From Eledone cirrhosa (Eukaryota), in the NCBI GenBank assembly GCA_964016885.1, contig OZ024742.1:868001-932000 (forward strand): a stretch of 64,000 nucleotides of DNA, in the 5' to 3' direction. Position 1 is the first letter of the stretch. Every line of letters begins with the position of its first letter. The notes beneath the pieces were generated by a model that saw only the letters and a list, made by a program, of their open reading frames with translations, made no database searches and was not told the origin of the DNA. Positions 29,042 to 42,799 of this stretch are shown one piece after another. Made by a program: the position numbers and the translations under genes.

Positions 29042-30740
29042 ATGTGTGTGTGTCTGAGGGAGTGTGTGTGTGAGAGAGAGAGAGAGAAGTGGTGTGTGTG
29101 AGAGAGAGAGAGAGAGAAGTGGTGTGTGAGAGAGAGAGAGAAAGAGAGAGAAGTAGTGTGTGTGTGAGAGAGAGAGAGAAGTAGTGTGTGTGAAAGAGAG
29201 AGAAGTAGTGTGTGTGAGAGAGAGAGAAGTAGTGTGTGTGAAAGAGAGAAGTAGTGTGTGAGAGAGAGAGAAGTAGTGTGTGTGAGAGAGAGAGAAGTAG
29301 TGTGTGTGAGAGAGAGAGAAGTAGTGTGTGTGAGAGAGAGAGAAGTAGTGTGTGAGAGAGAGAGAAGTAGTGTGTGTGAGAGAGAGAGAGAAGTAGTGTG
29401 TGAGAGAGAGAGAAGTAGTGTGTGTGAGAGAGAGAGAGAGAAGTAGTGTGTGAGAGAGAGAGAGAAGTAGTGTGTGTGAGAGAGAGAAGTAGAGTGTGTG
29501 AGAGAGAGAAGTAGTGTGTGAGAGAGAGAGAGAGAGAGAGAAGTAGTGTGTGAGAGAGAGAAGTAGTGTGTTTGAGAGAGAGAGAGAGAGAGAGAAGTAG
29601 TGTGTGTGAGAGAGAGAGAAGTAGTGTGTGTGAGAGAGAGAGAAGTAGTGTGTGTGAGAGAGAGAGAAGTAGTGTGTGTGAGAGAGAGAGAGAAGTAGTG
29701 TGAGAGAGAGAGAGAAGTAATGTTTGAGAGAGAGAGAGAAGTAGTGTGTGTGAGAGAGAGAGAAGTAGTGTGTGTGAGAGAGAGAGAGAAGTAGTGTGTG
29801 TGAGAGAGAGAGAAGTAGTGTGTTTGAGAGAGAGAGAGAGAGAGAAGTAGTGTGTGTGAGAGAGAGAGAAGTAGTGTGTGTGAGAGAGAGAGAAGTAGTG
29901 TGTTTCAGAGAGAGAGAGAGAAGTAAAGTGTGTGAGAGAGAGAGAGAATTAGTGTGAGAGAGAGAGAGAAGTAGTGTGTGAGAGAGAGAGAGAGAAGTAG
30001 TGTGTGTGTGAGAGAGAGAGAAGTAGTGTGTGAGAGAGAGAGAAGTAGTGTGTGTGAGAGAGAGAAGTAGTGTGTTTGAGAGAGAGAGAGAAGTAGTGAG
30101 AGAAAGAGAAGTAATGTGTGTGAGAGAGAGAGAAGTAGTGTGTTTCAGAGAGAGAGAGAGAAGTAAAGTGTGTGAGAGAGAGAAGTAGTGTGTTTGAGAG
30201 AGAGAGAGAGAAGTAGAGTGTGTGAGAGAGAGAGAAGTAGTGTGTGTGTGAGAGAGAGAGAAGTAGTGCGTGAGAGAGAGAGAAGTAGTGCGTGAGAGAG
30301 AGAGAAGTAGTGTGTGAGAGAGAGAGTGAGTGAGAGAAGTAGTGTGAGAGAGTGAGAGAGAGTGAGAGAAGTAGTGTGTGAGAGAGAGAGAGAAGTAGTG
30401 TGAGAGAGTGAGAGAAGTAGTGTCAGAGAGTGAGAGAGAGTGGGAGAAGTAGTGTGCGAGAGTGAGAGAGAAGTAGTGTGAGAGAGTGAGAGAGAAGTAG
30501 TGTGTGAGAGAGAGAGAAGTAGTGTGTGAGAGAAAGAGAAGTATTGTGTGAGAGAGAGAGAAGTAGTGTGAGAGAGTGAGAGAGAAGTAGTGTGTGAGAG
30601 AAAGAGAAGTAGTGTGTGAGAGAGAGAGTGAGAGAAGTAGTGTGAGAGAGAGAGAGAGAGTGAGAGAAGTAGTGTGTGAGAGAGAGAGAGTGAGAGAAGT
30701 AGTTTGTGAGAGAAGTAGTGTGTGAGAGAGAGAGAAGTAG

Positions 30741-30780
<40 letters not shown>

Positions 30781-33357
30781 AGTGTGTGTGAGAGAGAGAG
30801 AGAGAGTGAGAGAGAGTGAGTGAGAGAAGTAGTGTGTCAGAGAGAGAGAGAGTGAGAGAAGTAGTGTGTGTGAGAGAGAAAAAGAGTGAAGTAGTGTGAG
30901 AGAGAGAGGGAGAGAGAAGTGGTGTGTGAGAGAGAGAGAGTGAGAGAATTAGTGTATGAGAGGGAGCGAGAGAGAGAGAAGTAGTGTGTATGAGAGGGAG
31001 AGAGAGAGGCAGTGGTAGAAGTAGTGTGTGAGAGAGAGAGAAGTAGTATGAGAGAGTGAGAGAAGTAGTGAGTGAGAGATGTAGTGTGTGAGAGAGAGAG
31101 AAGTAGTGTGACAGAGAGAGAGAGAGAAGTAGTGTGAGAGAGAGTTAGAGAAGTAGTGTGTGAGAGAGTGAGAGAAGTAGTGTGTGAGAGAGAGTGAGAG
31201 AAGGAGAGAGAGAGAAGTAGTGTGAGAGAGAGAGAGAGAGAGAGAAGTAGTGTGTGAGAGAGAGTGAGAGTAGTGTGTGAGAGAGAGAGAAGTAGTGTGT
31301 GAGAGAGAGAGAAGTAGTGTGTGTGAGAGAGAGAAGTAGTGTGTGAGAGAGAGAGAGAAGTAGTGTGTGAGAGAGAGAGAGAGAAGTAGTGTGTGAGAGA
31401 GAGAGAGAAGTAGTGTGTGTGAGAGAGAGAAGTAGTGTGTGAGAGAGAGAAGTAGTGTGAGAGAGAGAGAAGTAGTATGAGAGAGAGAGAAGTAGTGTGT
31501 GTGAGAGAGAGAAGTAGTGTGAGAGAGAGAAGTAGTGTGAGAGAGAGAAGTAGTATGAGAGAGAGAGAAGTAGTATGAGAGAGAGAGAAGTAGTGTGTGA
31601 GAGAGAGAGAGAAGTAGTGTGAGAGAGAGAGAGAAGTAGTGTGTGTGAGAGAGAGAAGTAGTGTGTGTGAGAGAGAGAAGTAGTGTGCGAGTGAGAGAGA
31701 GAGAAGTAGTGTGTGAGAGAGAGAAGTAGTGTGTGTGAGAGAGAGAAGTAGTGTGTGTGAGAGAGAGAAGTAGTGTGAGAGAGAGAGAGAAGTAGTGTGT
31801 GAGAGAGAGAGAAGTAGTGTGTGAGAGAGAGAGAGAAGTAGTGTGTGTGAGAGAGAGAGAGAAGTAGTGTGTGTGAGAGAGAGAGAAGTAGTGTGTGTGA
31901 GAGAGAGAAGTAGTGTGAGAGAGAGAGAGAAGTAGTGTGTGAGAGAGAGAAGTAGTGTGTGTGAGAGAGAGAAGTAGTGTGTGTGAGAGAGAGAAGTAGT
32001 GTGTGTGAGAGAGAGAAGTAGTGTGAGAGAGAGAGAGAAGTAGTGTGCAAGAGAGAGAGAGAAGTAGTGTGTGAGAGAGAGAGATAGTGAGAGAAGTAGT
32101 GTGTGAGAGATATAGTGAGAGAAGTAGTGTGTGAGAGATAGAGATAGTGAGAGAAGTAGTGTGTGTGAGAGACAGAGAGAAGTAGTGTGTGTGAGAGAGA
32201 GAGAAGTAGTGTGTGAGAGAGAGAGAGAAGTAGTGTGTGAGAGAGAGAGAGAAGTAGTGTGTGAGAGAGAGAGAGAAGTAGTGTGTGAGAGAGAGAGCAG
32301 TAGTGTGTGAGAGAGAGAGAGCAGTAGTGTGTGAGAGAGAGAAGTAGTGTGTGAGAGAGAGTGAAGTAGTGTGTGTGAGAGAGAGAGAGTGAAGTAGTGT
32401 GTGTGAGAGAGAGAGAGAGAAGTAGTGTGTGTGAGAGAGAGAAGTAGTGTGTGAGAGAGAAGTAATGTGAGAGAGAGAGAGAAGTAGTGTGTGTGAGAGA
32501 GAGAAGTAGTGTGTGAGAGAGAAGTAATGTGAGAGAGAGAGAAGTAGTGTGAGAGAGAGAGAAGTAGTGTGTGAGAGAGAGAGAGAAGTAGTGTGTGTGA
32601 GAGAGAGAGAGAAGTAGGGTGTGTGAGAGAGAGAGAGAAGTAGGGTGTGTGAGAGAGAGAGAAGTAGTGTGTGAGAGAGAGAAGTAGTGTGTGAGAGAGA
32701 GAAGTAATGTGAGAGAGAGAGAAGTAGTGTGAGAGAGAGAGAAGTAGTGTGAGAGAGAGAGAAGTAGTGTGAGAGAGAGAGAGAAGTAGTGTGAGAGAGA
32801 GAGAGAAGTAGTGTGAGAGAGAGAGTGAAGTAGTGTGTGTGAGAGAGTGAAGTAGTGTGTGTGAGAGAGAGAAGTAGTGTTTGTGAGAGAGAGAAGTAGT
32901 GTGAGAGAGAGAGAAGTAGTGTGTGTGAGAGAGAGAAGTAGTGTGAGAGAGAGAGAAGTAGTGTGTGAGAGAGAGAGAAGTAGTGTGTGAGAGAGAGAGA
33001 GAGAGAGAGAGAAGTAGTGTGTGAGAGAGAGAAGTAGTGTGTGTGTGAGAGAGAAGTAGTGTGAGAGAGAGAGAGAAGTAGTGTGTGAGAGAGAGAGAAG
33101 TAGTGTGTGAGAGAGAGAAATAGTGTGTGTGAGAGAGAGAAGTAGTGTGTGTGAGAGAGAGAAGTAGTGTGTGTGAGAGAGAGAAGTAGTGTGAGAGAGA
33201 GAGAGAGAAGTAGTGTGTGAGAGAGAGAGAGAAGTAGTGTGCAAGAGAGAGAGAGAAGTAGTGTGTGAGAGAGAGAAGTAGTGTGTGAGAGAGAGAGAGA
33301 AGTAGTGTGTGAGAGAGAGAAGTAGTGTGTGTGAGAGAGAGAGAGAAGTAGTGAGAG

Positions 33358-33405
<48 letters not shown>
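29042..33405. repeat. Compound (GA)n-AGTA-(GT)n satellite ending in a pure (TG)n tract
   Basis: About 4.3 kb of GAGAGAGAAGTAGTGTGTGT units of variable length. Confidence 0.95.
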
Positions 33406-33407
<2 letters not shown>

Positions 33408-33552
33408 GGCCAGCACAAAATTTAGGCCAGCTAGACAAGTGAGGTGCACACCACCGAGGGGTGGGAATTGTGAACTTTAACCCATAAAACCAGAGTTGGT
33501 TTTGGCAGGGTTGGTATCAAAAGATTTTAAGGGGTCAGAGTTTTATTTGGTT

Positions 33553-33615
33553 AAGTACCAGTAATACACTGGGATAATTGCTGGCCTTGTGCCAAAAGTA
33601 GAAACAATTATTATT
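33553..33615 (+). mobile_element. SINE 3' fragment
   Basis: AAGTACCAGTAATACACTGGG...GGCCTTGTGCCAAAAGTAGAAACAATTATT. Confidence 0.65.
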
Positions 33616-33902
33616 AAATCTATAATAATTTCCTGGAACCAATAAATCACTAAACATCATAGCAGTGTTGTAGAAATATGTCAAGTGGTAGGCCTGTATG
33701 GTGTTATCACTTGTAACATTTGGCATGGTTGAGAGTGGGCTGTGCAGTGGGGAATACAGGCTTAATATGTTAGTGTGGTCAGAGCAAGAGGTGTGAAAAA
33801 CTAGATTGTGAGTTAGAGAGGGAAGGGGAAGCAAAGAAATCATAAAGCAATGCTGAAAATCCTTGATTATTTATTTATCCAGTGTAAATGGTGTGTATAT
33901 AT

Positions 33903-34580
33903 ATCATCACCATCGTTTGACGTCCATCTTCCACGCTAGCATGAGTTTGGACGGGAATTTTCCCACTTGAGGCAAGATTGGTTGTCTTGCTCGTATAGGA
34001 CTGTCTGGCGGGTTTTCTACGGCTGGATGCCCTTCCTAACACCAACCACGTTTACAGAGGGGACTGGGAGGTTTTTACCGTGTTACCTACACGGCCACAT
34101 TACAGTGTGGACTGTGTTTTTTTTGTCGTGACACCTACACGACCTCATTTGTTTAGGACTGGATGTTGTGATACCAACATAACTTTACATCGAAAGGGTG
34201 GTGTAAATGGGGTGGGGGTAGTAGGATGGGGTGTATTTTAGTTAAGAGGTGCCTATTGACTGTAGGTTTCGCTTTGTACTTAGGCAAGTCTTAGGCGGGT
34301 CTTCTGTATTACTGCGTAGCGCCAAAGATCTCGGTCCAGTGACATTGTCTTGGAGGGGTATAAGTGTGTGAGGTCGGATTTTATCAAGTCGTCCTAGGTT
34401 TTTCTGGATCTGCCTACTCCGTGGCTACCGTCTATTTTGATAGCCCTGCACTTTTTTATACAGCTGTCGTCTTTCATGCGCATCACATGACCATACCAAC
34501 GTAGTCTTCTCTCGAGTAAACAGCATCTGATCCCTCTTATTCCTAATTTCTCACTTAGTTCATTTATGCTTTGCCGTTCA
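33903..34580 (-). mobile_element. RTE LINE (family A-related subfamily), 3' fragment
   Basis: Homologous to 39687-40380 with more divergence; GAT-type tail. Confidence 0.88.
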
Positions 34581-34582
34581 TA

Positions 34583-34639
<57 letters not shown>

Positions 34640-34642
<3 letters not shown>

Positions 34643-34817
34643 CGATGAATTAGTTTTGCGAGGTTTTTTATATGAAATCGTGTGTCGAAACAAATATTGT
34701 TATACTTGGGGAGGGTCATATTTGTGTAATAATATTGCCAGAATTAATAACAGAACATTATTAATTCTGGCAATATTATTACACAAATATTACCCTCCCC
34801 AAGTATAACAATATATA
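34640..34817. mobile_element. Fold-back remnant of the 7029-8510 PLE terminus
   Basis: 34640-34757 matches 7030-7144, then a ~56-bp inverted copy follows (loop CAGAACA); flanked by TA repeats. Confidence 0.85.
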
Positions 34818-35077
34818 TATATAAACATATCTTTTAATGATTCGATTTCAGTTTATAATAATAATAATAAACAAGTTATTGATTATTAATAACAAGATCA
34901 AAGAAAACATGTCAAAAACCCAAACAAAAATAAAAGAAAAAGATAACAACAACAACAACAATAAGAAACTAAAATACATGAAAAGAGAAATAAGATTGTA
35001 TATATAGGCTCTATGAATCTCTCTAGCTATATATATATATATAGGCTCTATGTATCTCTCTAGTTATATATATATAT

Positions 35078-36211
35078 AGAAAACAGAACCCAGATCCCCT
35101 CAGGGAAATGGCCTTGCTCAGTATGTAGGAAAGGTGTAGGTAGGAACTCCATTCTTTGCCCCAAATGCAAACAATGGGTACACAAGAGATGTAGCGGGAT
35201 CTCAGGAAGCTTAATTAAGAATGTAGGATTCACATGCAGCAGCTGTGCTGAAACAGCAAGCAAACAGCCACAGGAAACAAGTACCACCAATCTCTGGGAG
35301 GGCCCTGTAGAAACAGTAGACAGCTTCTGCTACCTAGGTGACCGAATTAGCAACGGAGGTGGGTGCTCAGAAAGTACAATAACTAGGGTAAGAACGGGAT
35401 GGAAGAAGTTTAGGGAACTACTACCACTGCTAGCTGCAAAAGGCTTCTCCCTCAGAACGAAAGGCAGACTGTATGATGCGTGTATCCGAACAGCGATGTT
35501 GCATGGTAGTGAGACCTGGGCGCTGAAGGTGGAAGACTTACGTAGATTAGAGAGAAACGAAGCCTGCATGCTCCGATGGATGTGTAACAGTAATATACGT
35601 GAACGACAAAGCATAAATGAATTGAGAGAGAGACTGAGCATAAGAGGAATCAAATGCTGCGTGCAGGAGAGGCGGTTACGCTGGTATGGACATGTGATGC
35701 GTATGAAGGATGACAGCTGCATAAAAAGGTGCAGAGCACTAGAAGTTGATGGAAACCGCGGAGTGGGGAGACCCAAGATGACTTGGGATGAGGTGATAAA
35801 AGCCGACCTTACCCAACTACACCTCTCAAAGTCAATGACACACGACCGTGACTTCTGGCGTCACGCAGTAATACAGGGTACCCGACCTCCCATGGGTACA
35901 TGCTGAAGCATATAAACAATATGCCCCCCCCCCCACCGCAAGGTGGCCGTGGAGGTGCCACGGCAAAAAAGCACCCAGCCCACACTGTAAAGTGGACGTG
36001 TAGGCGCCACGAAAAAGCACCCAGCACTCACTGTAAATGAGGTTGGTGTTAGGAAGGGCATCCAGCTGTAGAAATCAAGCCAGATCAGTTCCTGTATGAG
36101 CAAGGCATGGTCAGCCGACCAGACACTGCCCACAACAGGACAACCCGTCTAACCCATGCTAGCGTGGAAGAACGGACGTAAAACGGTGATGATGATGATG
36201 ATGATGATGAT
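35078..36211 (+). mobile_element. RTE LINE family B, 5'-truncated
   Basis: Near-identical to the reverse complement of 19118-20250; GAT tail. Confidence 0.92.
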
Positions 36212-36344
36212 ATATATATATATATATATATCTATATCCAAAATTAAGATAATCAAAATGAATTTAATCTAAATGCCAGAAAGACATGCGCCATATCACC
36301 CGTAAAATAAGCTCCAAGATTCTAATGAATAGGTCCGAGCATTT

Positions 36345-37123
36345 TATAACAACTAGAAATTGATTAACATATAAATAAACATATGAAACAATCACAGGGG
36401 ATAATTTTTACAAGCATGTAAGCACACATAGCTAGGTAGGTAACTAAATAAAGTTAACTAGAACTTCAAAAATAGATACCTTATAATATGATTAATCTTC
36501 CCTGTATATATTCCATTAAAGAAATATATTTCACCAATTAATCGAATGGTAAACCATGGAGGCCGGTACTTGGATTTTCAACAAGGATTAATTGGTGAAA
36601 TATATTTCTTTAATGGAATATATACAGGGAAGATTAATCATATTATAGGGTATCTATTTTTGAAGTTCTAGTTAACTTTATTTAGTTACCTACCTAGCTA
36701 TGTGTGCTTACACACTTGTAAAAATTATCCCCTGTGATTGTTTCATATCAACATCATTTCATTTTACGTCCGCTTTTCCCTGCTTGCAAGGGTGGGACGG
36801 GAACTGATTCTGGCTTAATTTCTACAGCTGGATGCCCTTCCTAACACCAACCTCATTTACAGTGAGTGCTGGGTGTTTTTTTGCCGTGGTACCTCCTCGA
36901 CCACTTTGCAGTGGAATGATAGGGACCCCAGTCCCTATCATCTCATTTCTACAGCTGAGTAAACTGGAGCAATATGAAATAAAGTGTCTTGCTCAAGGAA
37001 ACAACACATCACCTGGTCTGAGAATTGAACTCACAACCTTTCGATTGCAAGCCCAATGCTCTAACCACTAAGCCATGTGCCTCCATATGTTTATTTATAT
37101 GTTAATCAATTTCTAGTTGTTAT
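36345..37123. mobile_element. Fold-back element with ~200-bp arms, right arm interrupted by a SINE
   Basis: 36345-36543 is the reverse complement of 36586-36748 plus 37089-37123, with few mismatches and a ~42-bp spacer. Confidence 0.85.
36749..37083 (-). mobile_element. Full-length tRNA-head SINE with an RTE-derived tail
   Basis: A box TGGCTTAGTGG, B box GAGTTCAATTC, CCTTGAGCAAGACAC core; 3' half matches the RTE-B 3' UTR; CATAT duplicated at 36744-36748 and 37084-37088. Confidence 0.88.
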
Positions 37124-37227
37124 ATATATATAGAGATTGATATATATATAGGCTATATGTATCTCTCTAGTTATATATATATGGAAACAACACAGAGTAA
37201 AGAAAACTCTAATCCTGCCATATGACA

Positions 37228-37770
37228 AAGTAGTGTTGGTGCCATGATAAAATACACCCAGTACACTCTGTAAAGTGGTAGTGTTGGTGCCATGATAATA
37301 TACACCCAGTACACTCTGTAAAGTGGTAGTACTGGTGTCATGATAAAATGCACCCAGTACACTCTGTAAAGTGGTAGTACTGGTGTCATGATAAAATGCA
37401 CTTTGTATTCCATCTAAGGTTGTTGATCTTAAGGAGGGCATCCAACCATAGAAATGTTACCAAAAATGGCAACCAGGGATCTTCAGTCACATGAAGGCAT
37501 GAGAACTTTTCTAGTGCTGGTTTTAGAATAAAATGTACCCAGTACACTCTGTAAAGTGGAGGGTATCCAGCCATAGAAACCATGCTCCCAGTACACTCTG
37601 TAAAGTGACAACCAGCCATAGAAACCTACCAATCTCAGAAATATAATATGTTGAGTGAAAGATAACCTACTGACTGTTCCAGGACAGTGGCTCTAATTAC
37701 TTGCAGTCTTGGTCCATAAACACCTGTCCGACCCATGTCAACATGGGAAGTAAAACGATGATAATGATAT
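37228..37770 (+). mobile_element. Old RTE/SINE-type 3' region with internal ~50-bp repeats
   Basis: Repeated CCCAGTACACTCTGTAAAGTG; GGGCATCCA; CCCATGTCAACATGG...GATGAT tail. Confidence 0.6.
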
Positions 37771-38192
37771 AAACATGACTACACACATGTATACATATAC
37801 ACACAATGATGATGATGATGATGATGATGACATATTTATAATAAAAATAAATTTCTCCAGATGATTCCACCAACGAAAGACAGAACAACAACAACTCACC
37901 AGCTACAACAACAACAACAACAAAACAAAAGAGACTTTTTCAACAGGAAATCTTTCAAAATTCTATTTAAAATCCGTTGCTACAACAATAAACGAAATGT
38001 AATTTTAGATTAAACCAAAATGAAATAACTATATTTAAAACCATCTTTTGTTACATAAAGTGAAAATAGAGAGAAAATTGGTTATAAAAATGTTTTATTT
38101 TTGAAATCTCTAAATCTAAGAATGTGATGTGACTGAAGTGAGGGGGGGGGGGGGGGGGGGGGGGGGGCAAGATATGACATTTTGGCAATTAA

Positions 38193-38388
38193 CCCTTTAG
38201 TATTCACATTACTCTATATATACTATTATATTTTCATGGTAAAGGCTTTAGCTCGCATAATTATCTCACATAATATCGAATCTATGAGATTTTGAAAGTA
38301 TTTATTTTGAGAACAGTTTTAGTGACCAGTTACAGCCAGTTTCAACAGAACGAGGTAGAGAATTCTGGCCGCTTTTAACATTAAAGGG
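38193..38388. mobile_element. piggyBac-type MITE
   Basis: TTAA|CCCTTTAGTATT ... AACATTAAAGGG|TTAA: 12-bp imperfect TIRs with CCC/GGG ends and TTAA target duplications. Confidence 0.75.
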
Positions 38389-38479
38389 TTAAACACCAAT
38401 CAGTGAATTCAGTGAAAAGCACATTTTTCTGGCATATTTATTAGTTTTCTTTTAATCAACGAAAAGATCATACTATGTG

Positions 38480-39686
<1,207 letters not shown>

Positions 39687-40799
39687 TCATCATCATCATC
39701 ATCATCATCAACGTTTAACGTCCGTGTTCCACGCTTGCATGGGTTTGGACGGGGGTAGTCCCACTTGAGGCAAGAGTGATTGTCTTGCTCGCATAGGACT
39801 GTCTGGCAGGTTTTCTACAGTTGGATGCCCTTCCTAACACCAACCACATTTACAGTGTGGGTCTGGGAGGTTTTTACCGTGTTGCCTACACGGCCACATT
39901 ACAGCGTGGACTGTGTGTTTTTTTGTCGTGACACCTACACGATCTCATTTGTTTCGGCCTCGATGGCGCGGCACCAACATAACTTTACATAGAACGGGGT
40001 GGTGTGGATGGGGTGGGGGTGGTGGTGGTGGGACGGGGTGTATTTTGTTAGAGATGCCTACTGGCTGGAGTAGGTTTTACTATATATTTAGGTAAGGCGG
40101 GTCTTCTCTGTTACTGAGTACCGCCAAAGGTCTCGGTCCAGTGACATTGTCTTGGAGAGGTGTAAGTGTGTGATGTCGGAGTTTATCAGCTCGTCCCAGG
40201 TTTTTCTAGGTCTGCCTATTCCGTGACTACCGTCTATCTTTATTGCCCTGCACTTTGTTATACAGCTATCGACTTTCATGCGCATCACGTGTCCATACCA
40301 ACGTAGCCTTCTCTCGAGTAAACAACATCTGATCCCTCTTATCTCTAATTTTTTCCTTAGTTCGTTTATGCTTTGCCGTTCACGTATATTACTGTTACAC
40401 ATCCAGCGGAGCATGCAAGCTTCGTTCCTCTCTAGTCTTCGTATATCCTCTGCACACAATGCCCAGGTCTCACTGCCATGCAGCATTGCTGTTCGTATGC
40501 AGGCATCGTACAACCTGCCTTTCATTTTTAGTGAGAACCCTTTAGCAGCTAATAGTGGTATAAGCTCTCTGAACTTTTTCCAACCAGTTCTGACTCTAGC
40601 TACAGTACTTTCAGAGCACCCTCCCCCACTGCTGATTTTATCGCCCAGGTAACGGAAGCTGTCCACTATTTCTATAGAACCCTCTGCGCAATTGAAAGAG
40701 CTAGTATTTTGTGGGCACTTGCTGCTACTTATTGCACCAGAGCACCGGCCACATGTAAAATCTATGTTCTTAGTTAGCTTACCTGTGATCCCACTACAT
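39687..40799 (-). mobile_element. RTE LINE family A, 5'-truncated
   Basis: Near-identical to 2058-2990, ending KTRLT*; full 3' UTR. Confidence 0.92.
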
Positions 40800-40987
40800 A
40801 TATATATATATTTTTGTATGTATGTGTGTGTAAGTATGTTTTGGGGTTTTTTTTTTTTTGTGTGTGTGTTTGCATGCGTCGTTTTATTTTATTTTATTTT
40901 TCCTTTCCTTCTCCCTTCTCCAGCCTCACTTTCATATAGATTGTATTTTTTGGTTTGTAATCCAAATTCAATAAACAAACCAGCTTT

Positions 40988-41048
40988 TTCCCGTTCTGAG
41001 GATTGAAAGCAAAACCTTTTGCTTTTAAGAAACCACTGGTAAATGGAA
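40988..41048 (+). ncRNA. Type I hammerhead ribozyme, canonical core
   Basis: Stem I CCGTT(40991-40995)/AATGG(41042-41046); CTGAGGA 40996-41002; stem II TTGAAAGCAAA/TTTGCTTTTAA; GAAA 41029-41032; CC-ACT-GG; GTA 41039-41041. Confidence 0.85.
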
Positions 41049-41154
41049 TTATTGCCTTATGTTGTTTATTACATAATAATAATAATTAAGCTCTGTTGCA
41101 TACATAGAGCACTCTTTTTTCCTGGACTTTTCCGATGGAATTACTTCATTCACA

Positions 41155-41203
<49 letters not shown>

Positions 41204-41204
41204 G

Positions 41205-41251
<47 letters not shown>

Positions 41252-41326
41252 GTATATATATATGTATATGTATATATATATGTATATATATATGTATATA
41301 TATATGTATATATGTATATATATATG

Positions 41327-41357
<31 letters not shown>

Positions 41358-41358
41358 G

Positions 41359-41389
<31 letters not shown>

Positions 41390-41414
41390 GTATATATATA
41401 TGTATATATATATG

Positions 41415-41445
<31 letters not shown>

Positions 41446-41482
41446 GTATATGTATATATATATGTATATATATATGTATATA

Positions 41483-41525
<43 letters not shown>

Positions 41526-41593
41526 GTATATATATATATGTATATAGGTATATATATGTATATATATATGTATATAGGTATATATATGTATAT

Positions 41594-41670
<77 letters not shown>

Positions 41671-41676
41671 GGTATT

Positions 41677-41707
<31 letters not shown>

Positions 41708-41728
41708 ATGTGTATATATATATATATA

Positions 41729-41783
<55 letters not shown>

Positions 41784-41820
41784 GTATATATATATATATG
41801 TATATATATGTATATATATG

Positions 41821-41878
<58 letters not shown>

Positions 41879-41889
41879 TATGTATACAT

Positions 41890-42531
41890 ATCATCATCAT
41901 CATCATCATCATCAACGTTTAACGTCCGTGTTCCACGCTTGCATGGGTTTGGACGGGGGTAGTCCCACTTGAGGCAAGAGTGATTGTCTTGCTCGCATAG
42001 GACTGTCTGGCAGGTTTTCTACAGTTGGATGCCCTTCCTAACACCAACCACATTTACAGTGTGGGTCTGGGAGGTTTTTACCGTGTTGCCTACACGGCCA
42101 CATTACAGCGTGGACTGTGTGTTTTTTTGTCGTGACACCTACACGATCTCATTTGTTTCGGCCCGGATGGCGCGGCACCAACATAACTTTACATAGGACG
42201 GGGTGGTGTGGATGGGGTGGGGGTGGTGGTGGTGGGACGGGGTGTATTTTGTTAGAGATGCCTACTGGCAAGGCGGGTCTTCTCTGTTACTGAGTACCGC
42301 CAAAGGTCTCGGTCCAGTGACATTGTCTTGGAGAGGTGTAAGTGTGTGTGGTCGGAGTTTATCAGCTCGTCCCAGGTTTTTCTAGGTCTGCCTATTCCGT
42401 GGCTACCGTCTATCTTTATTGCCCTGCACTTTGTTATAGAGCTATCGACTTTCATGCGCATCACGTGTCCATACCAACGTAGCCTTCTCTCGAGTAAACA
42501 ACATCTGATCCCTCTTATCTCTAATTTTTTC
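41890..42531 (-). mobile_element. RTE LINE family A, 3' fragment
   Basis: Matches 39687-40353 with a small deletion over the stop codon. Confidence 0.9.
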
Positions 42532-42707
42532 TAATATGTATGTATATATATATATATATATGTGTGTATGTATATATATATACATATATGTATGTATATA
42601 TGAGTGTGTATGTGTGTGTGTGTGTTTACAAACAAAATAAGGATTGTGAAAAATCAATAGATAGCAGAATATAAACTGACATTTGTATTTAATTAAGCAT
42701 AAAAGAA

Positions 42708-42799
<92 letters not shown>

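Noticed and set aside
30837-33449. 750-870 aa Ser/Leu/His/Thr ORFs
   Set aside because: Translation of the (TC)n/(AC)n compound repeat in all three minus-strand frames.
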